Origin: Eledone cirrhosa
Lineage: Eukaryota
DNA length: 64,000 bases
Assembly: GCA_964016885.1 (NCBI GenBank)
Contig: OZ024745.1
Span: forward strand, 5,146,001 to 5,210,000
Direction of reading: 5' to 3'
Shown: positions 37,001-47,400 of the stretch, one piece after another
How the letters are laid out: each line of letters starts with the position of its first letter
Numbering within the stretch: position 1 is the first letter of the stretch
The notes under the pieces: generated by a model
The model's input: only the letters and a program-made list of their open reading frames with translations
Database searches by the model: none
What the model was told of the DNA's origin: nothing
Translations under genes and position numbers: made by a program

Positions 37001-38237
37001 GGGTGGAGGGAGGTACTGGCACTGCTAGCTACAGTAGAGTAGCCAGGGTGGGGTGGAGGGAGGTACTGGCACTACTAGCTACAGTAGAGTAGCCAAGGTG
37101 AGGTGGAGGGAGGTACTGGCACTGCTAGCTACAGTAGAGTAGCCAGGGTGGGGTGGAGGGAGGTACTGGCACTGCTAGCTACAGTAGAGTAGCCAGGGTG
37201 GGGTGGAGGGAGGTACTGGCACTGCTAGCTACAGTAGAGTAGCCAAGGTGAGGTGGAGGGAGGTACTGGCACTGCTAGCTACAGTAGAGTAGTCAGGGTG
37301 GGGTGGAGGGAGTTACTGGCACTGCTAGCTACAGTAGAGTAGCCAGGGTGGGGTGGAGGGAGGTACTGGCACTGCTAGCTACAGTAGAGTAGCCAGGGTG
37401 GGGTGGAGGGAGGTACTGGCACTGCTAGCTACAGTAGAGTAGCCAGGGTGGGGTGGAGGTAGGTACTGGCACTGCTAGCTACAGTAGAGTAGCCAGGGTG
37501 GGGTGGAGGGAGGTACTGGCACTGCTAGCTACAGTAGAGTAGCCAGGGTAGGGTGGAGGGAGGTACTGGCACTGCTAGCTACAGTAGAGTAGCCAGGGTG
37601 GGGTGGAGGGAGGTACTGGCACTGCTAGCTACAGTAGAGTAGCCAGGGTAGGGTGGAGGGAGGTACTGGCACTGCTAGCTACAGTAGAGTAGCCAGGGTG
37701 GAGTGGAGGGAGGTACTGGCACTGCTAGCTACAGTAGAGTAGCCAGGGTGGAGTGGAGGGAGGTACTGGCACTGCTAGCTACAGTAGAGTAGCCAGGGTG
37801 GGGTGGAGGGAGGTACTGGCACTGCTAGCTACAGTAGAGTAGTCAGGGTGGGGTGGAGGGAGGTACTGGCACTGCTAGCTACAGTAGAGTAGCCAGGATG
37901 GGGTGGAAGGAGGTACTGGCACTGCTAGCTACAGTAGAGTAGCCAGGGTGGAGTGGAGGGAGGTACTGGCACTGCTAGCTACAGTAGAGTAGCCAGGGTG
38001 GGGTGGAGGGAGGTACTGGCACTGCTAGCTACAGTAGAGTAGTCAGGGTGGGGTGGAGGGAGGTACTGGCACTGCTAGCTACAGTAGAGTAGCCAGGATG
38101 GGGTGGAGGGAGGTACTGGCACTGCTAGCTACAGTAGAGTAGCCAGGGTGGAGTGGAGGGAGGTACTGGCACTGCTAGCTACAGTAGAGTAGCCAGGGTG
38201 GGGTGGAGGGAGGTACTGGCACTGCTAGCTACAGTAG
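34031..38237. repeat. 50-bp tandem satellite, ~84 copies
   Basis: unit agtagagtagccagggtggggtggagggaggtactggcactgctagctac. Confidence 0.98.
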
Positions 38238-38239
38238 AT

Positions 38240-38385
38240 TTACCCAAGTTGTTCACAGTATAATAGGCTGGAGTTACCCAAGTTGTTGACAGTATAATAG
38301 GCTGGTGTTACCCAAGTTGTTCACAGTATAATTGGCTGGTGTTACCAAAGTTGACAGTATAATAGGTTGTTACTGAAGTTGTTCC
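38240..38385. repeat. ~35-bp minisatellite, ~4 copies
   Basis: ttacccaagttgttcacagtataataggctggag/tg repeated directly after the 50-bp satellite. Confidence 0.85.
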
Positions 38386-39159
38386 AAACAATGGGCTGTA
38401 GGTACTGTACATCTGAGCAGCTATAGCTTGTAAAGCTCAACTTAAATTGTTGAACAATTCTTGATCATGATTTTCGTTTACTCATCAAATATCTTAGAAC
38501 AATATAATGAAATAGTTTTTGTCTTTACTTAGAATATAATATCAAATTTTAAAATTAAAATACTTCTAAAATGTTCTTAAATTTAGTGATGTTGGTTTTT
38601 TGTGGCTTTATTAATACCATAAATAATTACATTACACTAATTAAAATTTTCCTGTTTAAACTGACATAATTTGAAAGATTTTAAAAATTCTCTTTTTATT
38701 AATAAATAGTTTGAATCTTAATTGCTTAATTAAACAAAAGTAATGATGGTTTAATTATAAGAACACTCTTTTCTATAAATTATGTAGCATTACTGTATAA
38801 CTGCATCTAGTTGTTAAGTTTTAGTATGGGGTAAGCACATGGCCTAGTGGTTAGAGCCTTCAACTCGTGATAATAAGGTCAAGCCAGACGGCATGTTGTG
38901 TTATTGAGCAATATACTTTATATCATGTTGTTCCTTCTGACAGGAGTAATCTGTTATTAATACATTACTGTAAATACTCTGATAATGCAAAAGATAGGAT
39001 TTTGCAAAAAAAATTATAATAAATTCCTTTTGAGCTATATTTTCACTATATAAGTTAATATATGAATAAAAATTATATAAACAAAAGTATATAAAACATA
39101 AATACATAATATTAGAATTTACTCAGCAAGGGCTATATATATATATATATATATATATA

Positions 39160-39724
39160 TCATCATCATCATCATCATTTTACGTCCGCTTTACCCTGCT
39201 TGCAAGGGTGGGATGGGTTCTATTCAGCACCGCATCTCTCCACTTGTCACGGTCCTTCGTCATCTCGTCTGTGAGCTACAGTGATCTGAGGTCTGCTCTC
39301 ACCACCTCCGCCCATGTTTTTCATGGTTTACCTTTACCACGTCTTCCTTCTACTGGGATTTGTTGGCACTTCTTTACCCAGTGGTTATCTTCCATGTGCA
39401 TCACATGTCCATACCATCTCAGTCTTCTCTCCTGCACACTACAACGTATTCCTCTTATACCCAGTTTCTTTCTCAACTCGTCTATGATTGGTCGTTCACG
39501 TACATTGACATTGCACATCCAACGGAGCATGCTTGCTTCATTTCCCTCCAGCCATTGCATATCCTCTGCAGTTGCTGCCCATGTCTCACTACCATGCAGC
39601 ATCGTGCTCCTCACACAGGCATCATATAACCGGCCTTTCGTACGCAGGGAGAAACCCTTCTTTGTCAACAGAGGAAGCAGCTCCCTAAACTTCTTCCAAC
39701 CCATCCTTATTCTAGATACTAGGC
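39160..39724 (-). mobile_element. 3' fragment of RTE-clade LINE (third subfamily, short 3' UTR)
   Basis: RIRMGWKKFRELLPLL...MLHGSETW...RRLRWYGHV; (GAT)n tail. Confidence 0.9.
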
Positions 39725-40250
39725 CTCGGAACACCCATATATATATATAAGTACACTTATATATATATAAGTACCCAATACATTCTGTAAAGCGGTTGTT
39801 GTTAGGAAGGGCATCCAGCCATAGAAAGCTTGCCAAACAAAGTGTTAGAAGAACCTTTCAGTTTGTGTCAAAAGACACAACTCCTGTGTACTCAATACGT
39901 GGGATACAGACCTGTTGAAAAGTCATTGAAGAGAAGAGAAGCATGATAGGAAATAGAAAATGTTTGTATGGGTGTGGGTATGTGTACATGTAAGCTGATC
40001 AGCTTAGGGAGTTGACAGCTGTTGGGTGAGACTGGCACATTGTGTGTATATACCCATGCACACACACACACATATACATGTATGTATGCGTGTGTATATA
40101 TACATACATACATTGCAGTTGGTGGTTCACCACTGGATAGAACTGGTCATTCCGTATAGTTAACCCTGATACAATAGTAGGAAAATCACTCAACATGACG
40201 CAACTCAATCATCTTTGGTATAAGATTCTGTTGGTGTGTGAATGGAGGTA

Positions 40251-40475
40251 AATATTATTGAATAAAGTGACAAGAGGCTGGAAAGTTGAAATTCCTTTAA
40301 AGTTTTTATATCTGCAGACACTAAATATATTTTAATGGCCAGTAGAATTCCAGTGAGATCATCAGGTGACATCATTGCTGGAATTCTACTGGCCATTGAA
40401 ATATATTTAGTGTCTGCAGAGATACTTTAAAGGAATTTCAACTTTCTGGCCTCTTGTCACTTTATTCAATTATAT
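40251..40475. repeat. Inverted repeat (~100-bp arms) with decayed hammerhead pieces
   Basis: 40251-40352 vs 40378-40475; minus-strand CTGATGA in the spacer, GAAATATATTTA in the right arm. Confidence 0.8.
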
Positions 40476-40479
40476 ATAA

Positions 40480-40895
40480 TCATCATCATCATCGTGGGAG
40501 TGTTGGAGTGTATATTGGATTAAGAGGTACCTATTGAGTGTAGGTTTATGTCCATGTGCAAGGAATGCGGGTCTTCTGTATTACTGCATAGCACCAAATA
40601 TCTTGATCCTGTGTCATTGTCTTAGAGAGGTGCAAGTGTGCAAGGTCAGCTTTTATCACCTTGTCCCTGGTCTTTCTGGGTCTACCTACTCCGTAGCTTC
40701 CATCAATTTTGATTGCCCTGCACTTTTTTATACAGCTGTCGTCCTTTATACACATCACATGACTATACCAATGCAATCTCCTCTCTAGTAAACTGCATCT
40801 GATCCCTCTTACGCCTAATTTCTCACTTAGTTCGTTTATACTTTGCAGTTCATGTATGTTACTGTTACACATCCAACGGAGCATGCATGCTTCGT
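40480..40895 (-). mobile_element. 3' fragment of RTE LINE
   Basis: NEACMLRWMCNS...GRPRKT; most of the 3' UTR missing. Confidence 0.88.
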
Positions 40896-40907
40896 TATAT
40901 ATATATA

Positions 40908-42420
40908 TAACAATGAATATTGTGAAGAATTTAGTGTAAAAGTTGGTGTTCACCAAGGCTCTGTCCTTAGCCCCATCCTATTTATTGTTGCTCTTCAGGC
41001 TATAACAGAGGAGTTCAAGACCGGCTGCCCATGGGAACTCCTATATGCAGATGATCTAACGCTCATAGCTGAATCAATGGCTGAACTAGAAAAGAAATTC
41101 CAAACATGGAAGCATGGCCTAGAATCAAAAGGCCTTAAAGTTAACTTGTCTAAGACTAAAGTCCTAGTTTGTAGAAAGGAAAATAAGGCACAGGTACCCT
41201 CAGGGAAATGGCCTTGCTCAGTGTGTAGGAAAGGAGTAGGCAGAAATTCAATTTTTTGTCCCAAATGCAAAGTATGGGTACATAAAAGATGTAGTGGGAT
41301 CACAGGTAAACTATCTAAGAATGTAGACTTTATATGTGGCCAATGCTCAGGTACAATAGGTAGCAAGTGTCCACAGGATACTAGCTCCTTCTATTACCCA
41401 GATGGTTCTATAGAAATAGTAGACACTTTCCGTTACCTGGGTGACGAAATCAGCAGTGGTGGAGGGTGTTCTGAAAGTACAGTAGCCAGAATCAGAACGG
41501 GATGCAAAAAGTTCAGAGAGCGTATACCACTGTTGGCCACAAAAGGTTTTTCTCTAAAAATGAAAGGCAGACTGTAGGATGCCTGCATACGAACAGCAAT
41601 GCTACATGGCAGTGAGACATGGGCATTACGTGCAGAGGATCTGTGCAGACTGGAGAGGAACGAAGCATGCATGCTCCGTTGGATGTGTAATAGTAATATA
41701 CGTGAACGGCAAAGCATAAATGAACTAAGTGAGAAATTAGGAATAAGAGGAATCAGATGCTGTTTACTCGAGAGAAGACTACGTTGGTGTGGCCACGTGA
41801 TGCGCATGAAAGATGACAGCTGTATAAAAAAGTGCAGGGCGATCAAAATTGATGGTAGTTACGGAGTAGGCAGACCCAGAAAAACCTGGGACAATCTGAT
41901 AAATTCCGACTTTACACACTTGCACCTCTCCAAGACAATGTCACTGGACCAAGATCTTTGGCGCTACACAGTAATACAGAAGACCCGCCTTGCCTATGTA
42001 CAAAGCGAAGCCTACAGTCAGTAGGCACTTCTTAACCAAATATACACCCCAATCCACTAACCCTACCCTATCCTCCCACTCCCACCAACACCACCCTCTC
42101 TCTGTAAAGTTGGTACCACAACATCCAGTCCAAATAAATGAGATAATGAGATCGAGATCGAGATCGTGTAGGTGTCATGAGAAAAAAACACACAGTCCAC
42201 GCTGTAATGTGGCTGTGTAGGTAACACGGTAAAAAGTTCCCAGTTCCACACTGTAAATGTGGTTGGTGTTAGGAAGGGCATCCAGCCAGAAAAAACCTGC
42301 CAGATAGTCCTATATGAGCGAGACACGGTCACCCGACCAGCCTTTCCTCAAGTGGGACAACTCCCATCTAACCCATGCTAGCGTGGAAAATGGACGTTAA
42401 ACGAAGATGATGATGATGAT
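40908..42420 (+). mobile_element. 5'-truncated RTE-clade LINE
   Basis: GVHQGSVLSP, LLYADDL, PHD-type insert, FRYLGD, one in-frame stop, 3' UTR and (GAT)n tail. Confidence 0.93.
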
Positions 42421-43219
42421 ATATATATATATATATATATATATCATCAATATCATCTTCACCACTTTATGTCTGGCATGGGTTGTATGGGTTGTCACAT
42501 TCTGAGATTAAACTGGTTAGATGAGCACATCATTTGATTTTGACATGTTTCCTAAGACTGAATGCCCTTCCTAACATCAACTATTTTACAGTGTGGGCAC
42601 CAGCACTAGGGTGATTATTGTATCCTCAGCCAGTTTACAACAAGAAAGTTATTCTAAGTATTTCAACAAAATTACTGCTGAGGTGTTTTACCTGATAAAA
42701 GCTGAGAAATTGTTTCACTTTGGAATTCTTCTTTAGTAATTTCACTGTAAATTACTCTTCCTATACTTCATAACATATTTCCTTTCATTAAGATGTCACA
42801 TACACTGTCACATACACTGTCACATACACTGTCACATACACTGAACATAGTCCACAGACAATGTGGCCAGTGTTTGCTTTTAGTTTGTTTTTCTTTTCAT
42901 TAATTTCTAATATGCTCTCTAGAAATTATGAAATTTGCTATTGTTGTTGTTTCATTATCACTGTCACTACCACCACCACCATTTCCACCACCACCACTAC
43001 CACCAACACCACCACCATTATTCTTATTACCATCATCATCATCATTAGTTTCACTCTAACATAAATTAGAAGTGAATATATAAATGGGTTCTCTCCGGGC
43101 ATTTCACATCTTTATTCTTTTTTAGGTTCAATTTCTTTCAGGTTATTTTCAATTATTTTTCTCTGCATTTGGTTTACATCTCACACAACTACAGCTAAAA
43201 TAGAAGAGAGAAATAATTG

Positions 43220-43495
43220 TATGGTTCACACCAAACTCTTGTATAATGCATGTATATGATGTGTATATATATATATATGGTGTATATATATATATAATAT
43301 GGTTCACACCAAACTCTTGTATAATGCATGTATATGATGTGTATATATATATGGTGTATATATATATATAATATGGTTCACACCAAACTCTTGTATAATG
43401 CATGTATATGATGTGTATATATATATGGTGTATATATATATATAATATGGTTCACACCAAACTCTTGTATAATGCATGTATATGGTGTATATATA
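43220..43495. repeat. ~76-bp tandem repeat, 4 copies
   Basis: atggttcacaccaaactcttgtataatgcatgtatatg + variable TA tract. Confidence 0.9.
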
Positions 43496-43510
43496 TAGTG
43501 TATATATATA

Positions 43511-43787
43511 AAGAAAAAAGATGAAATCGAAAATGCAACTGGAGTCTTTTTTTTTTTAAATATATATTTATTTGGTTCCTTTACTGGTTTCGCAGTTCTT
43601 CTGCTTTTCAAAAGTAGAGTTGACATGGAGGGTCTGTGCTTTTTCTCACATCTCACATCTGTGAGAAAAACCACAGACCCTCCATCTCAACAGTACTTTT
43701 GAAAAGCAGAAGAACTGCGAAACCAGTAAAGGAACCAAATAAATATATATTTAAAATATATATTTTCGATTTCATCTTTTTTCCTTA
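43511..43787. repeat. Inverted repeat (~130-bp arms) with a decayed hammerhead in each arm
   Basis: right arm CTT-TTGAAAA-GCAG.aagaa.CTGC-GAAA-CCAG-TA-AAG; core degenerate relative to CTGAAGA. Confidence 0.8.
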
Positions 43788-43844
43788 TACTTCCACTCGT
43801 TTATTTTTCATTTTGTAAAAAAAAACATCACTTTCTAATATATA

Positions 43845-44012
43845 CACTGTAAATGTGGTTGGTGTTAGGAAGGGCATCCAGCCGTAGAAAACCTGCCAGA
43901 CAGTCCTTTATGAGCAAGACAATCAATCTTGCCTCAAGTGGGAAAATTCCCGTCCAAACCCATGTTAGCGTAGAAGATGGACGTTAAACGATGATGATGA
44001 TGATGATGATGA
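43845..44012 (+). mobile_element. Isolated RTE LINE 3' UTR with (GAT)n tail
   Basis: matches 42248-42420. Confidence 0.88.
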
Positions 44013-44034
44013 TATATATATATATATATATAGT

Positions 44035-44145
44035 TGAAATAAAATGAAAACGAAATTTCATTTCTCACTCTTAGTACGGCACTTACTTAAATGTAAGTAT
44101 GTGTGTATACGTACATACATATATATATACAGACGTACAGTAGCA

Positions 44146-44219
<74 letters not shown>

Positions 44220-44482
44220 TACAGGTACACATACATATATGCACGTATCAGTTTAGCGGACGCTTATTATAACGTCGCTTTGTTCGTTTGTAAACAAACT
44301 GAACAGCCTGAATTTTTATGCCGTACGGTGTTAAGGCAACCACGTCACCTTTTTGTTCAACACTGACACAGGAACGATGTACTAGTTTCAAGCTTGTTAG
44401 CTATCATCAGCACCGTATACCCATCTGCCAGATAGTTGAACGTTCGAAAGTATATACTTTCCTTATGAAAATTAACGGCTGA
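44035..44482 (-). mobile_element. Penelope-like pseudo-LTR remnant (family of 1250-1787), non-inverted
   Basis: colinear homology to 1250-1424 (same strand) and 1466-1787 (opposite strand); contains a hammerhead. Confidence 0.72.
44375..44415 (-). ncRNA. Minimal type I hammerhead ribozyme
   Basis: minus strand CGGTG-CTGATGA-T.AGCT.aaca.AGCT.T-GAAA-CTAG-TA^-CATCG. Confidence 0.87.
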
Positions 44483-47400
44483 GATAGTAGTATGCTAGGC
44501 ACAGATAGTAGTATACTAGGTAGAGATAGTAGTATACTAGGTAGAGATAGTAGTATACTAGGTAGTGATAGTAGTATACTAGGTAGAGATGGTAGTATAC
44601 TAGGTAGAGATAGTTGTATACTAGGTAGATATAGTAGTATACTAGGTAGAGATAGTAGTATACTAGGTAGAGATAGTAGTATACTAGGTAGTGATAGTAG
44701 TATACTAGGTAGAGATGGTAGTATACTAGGTAGAGATAGTAGTATACTAGGTAGAGATAGTACTATACTAGGTAGAAATAGTTGTATACGAGGTAGAGAT
44801 AGTAGTACACTAGGTAGTGATAGTAGTATACTAGGTAGAGATAGTAGTATACTAGGTAGAGATAGTACTATACTAGGTAGTGATAGTACTATACTAGGTA
44901 GAGATAGCAGTATACTAGGTAGAGATAGTAGTATACTAGGTAGGGATAGTAGTGTACTAGGTAGAGATAGTACTATACTAGGTAGAGATGGTAGTATACT
45001 AGGTAGAGATAGTAGTATACTAGGTAGATAGTAGTATACTAGGTAGATATAGTAGTATACTAGGTAGAGATAGTAGTGTACTAGGTAGAGATAGTAGTAT
45101 ACTAGGTAGAGATGGTAGTATACTAGGTAGAGATAGTATACTAGGTAGAGTTAGTAGTATACTAGGTAGAGATGGTAGTATACTAGGTAGAGATAGTACT
45201 ATACTAGGTAGAGATGGTAGTATACTAGGTAGATAATAATATACTAGGTAGATATAGTAGTATACTAGGTAGAGATAGTAGTACACTAGGTAGCGATGGT
45301 AGTATACTAGGTAGAGTTAGTAGTATACTAGGTAGAGATAGTAGTATACTAGATAGAGATAGTAGTATACTAGGTAGAGATGGTAGTATACTAGGTAGAG
45401 ATAGTAATATACTAGGTAGAGATAGTAGTATACTAGGTAGAGTTTGTAGTATACTAGGTAGAGATAGTAGTATACTAGGTAGAGATATTAGTATACTAGG
45501 TAGAGATGGTAGTATACTAGGTAGAGATAGTAGTATACTAGGTAGATATAGTAGTATACTAGGTAGAGATAGTAGTGTACTAGTGAGAGATAGTAGTATA
45601 CTAGGTAGAGATTGTAGTATACTAGGTAGAGATAGTAGTATACTAGATAGAGATAGTAGTATACTAGGTAGAGATGGTAGTATACTAGGTAGAGATAGTA
45701 ATATACTAGGTAGAGATAGTAGTATACTAGGTAGAGTTTGTAGTATACTAGGTAGAGATAGTAGTATACTAGGTAGAGATATTAGTATACTAGGTAGAGA
45801 TAGTAGTATACTAGGTAGAGGTAGTAGTATACTAGGTAGTGATAGTAGTATACTAGGTAGAGATAGTTGTATACTAGGTAGAGATAGTAGTACACTAGGT
45901 AGTGATAGTAGTATACTAGGTAGAGATAGTAGTATACTAGGTAGAGATGGTAGTATACTAGGTAGAGATAGTAGTATACTAGCAAGAGATAGTAGTATAC
46001 TAGGTAGAGATAGTACTATACTAGGTAGAGATGGTAGCATACTAGGTATAGTTAGTAGTATACTAGGTAGAGATGGTAGTATATTAGGTAGAGATAGTAC
46101 TATACTAGGTAGAGATAGTAGTATACTAGGTAGAGATGGTAGTATACTAGGTAGAGAGAGTAGTATACTAGGTAGAGATGGTAGTATACTAGGTAGAGAT
46201 AGTAGTATACTAGGTAGAGATAATAGTGTACTAGGGAGAGATAGTACTATACTAGGTAGAGATAGTAGTATACTAGGTAGAGATGGTAGTATACTAGGTA
46301 GAGGTAATAGTGTACTAGGGAGAGATAGTACTATACTAGGTAGAGATAGTAGTATACTAGGTAGAGATAGTACTATACTAGGTAGAGATAGTAGTATACT
46401 AGGTAGAGATAGTAGTATACTAGGTAGAGATGGTAGTATACTAGGTAGAGATGGTAGTATACTAGGTAGAGATGGTAGTATACTAGGTAGAGATAGTAGT
46501 ATACTAGGTAGAGATAGTAGTATACTAGGTAGAGATAGTAGTATAATAGGTAGAGATGGTAGTATACTAGGTAGAGATAGTTGTATACTAGGTAGAGATG
46601 GTAGTATACTAGGTAGAGATAGTAGTATACTAGATAGAGATATTAGTGTACTAGGTAGAGATAGTACTATACTAGGTAGAGATGGTAGTATACTAGGTAG
46701 AGTTAGTAGTATACTAGGTAGAGATGGTAGTATACTAGGTAGAGATAGTACTATACTAGGTTGAGATAGTAGTATACCAAGTAGAGATAGTAGTATACTA
46801 GGTTGAGATGGTAGTATACTAGGTAGATATAGTAGTATACTAGGTAGTGATAGTAGTATACTAGGTAGAGATGGTAGTATACTAGGTAGAGATAGTAGTA
46901 TACTAGGTAGAGTTAGTAGTATACTAGGTAGAGATGGTAGTATACTAGGTAGAGATAGTACTATACTAGGTAGTGATAGTACTATACTAGGTAGAGATAG
47001 TACTATACTAGGTAGAGATAGTACTATACTAGGTAGAGATAGTAGTATACTAGGTAGATATAGTAGTATACATGGTAGAGATGGTAGTATACTAGGTAGA
47101 GATAGTAGTATACTAGGTAGAGATGGTAGTATACTAGGGAGAGATGGTAGTATACTAGGTAGAGATGGTAGTATACTAGGTAGAGATAGTAGTATACTAG
47201 GTAGAGTTAGTAGTATACTAGGTAGAGATGGTAGTATACTAGGTAGATATAGTAGTATACTAGGTAGAGATAGTACTATACTAGGTAGAGATAGTACTAT
47301 ACTAGGTAGAGATAGTACTATACTAGGTAGAGATAGGAGTATACTAGGTAGATATAGTAGTATACATGGTAGAGATGGTAGTATACTAGGTAGAGATAGT

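Noticed and set aside
34031-38237. CRISPR-like constant repeat with variable segment
   Set aside because: Variable parts are point variants of one sequence, not unique spacers; eukaryotic context and no cas genes
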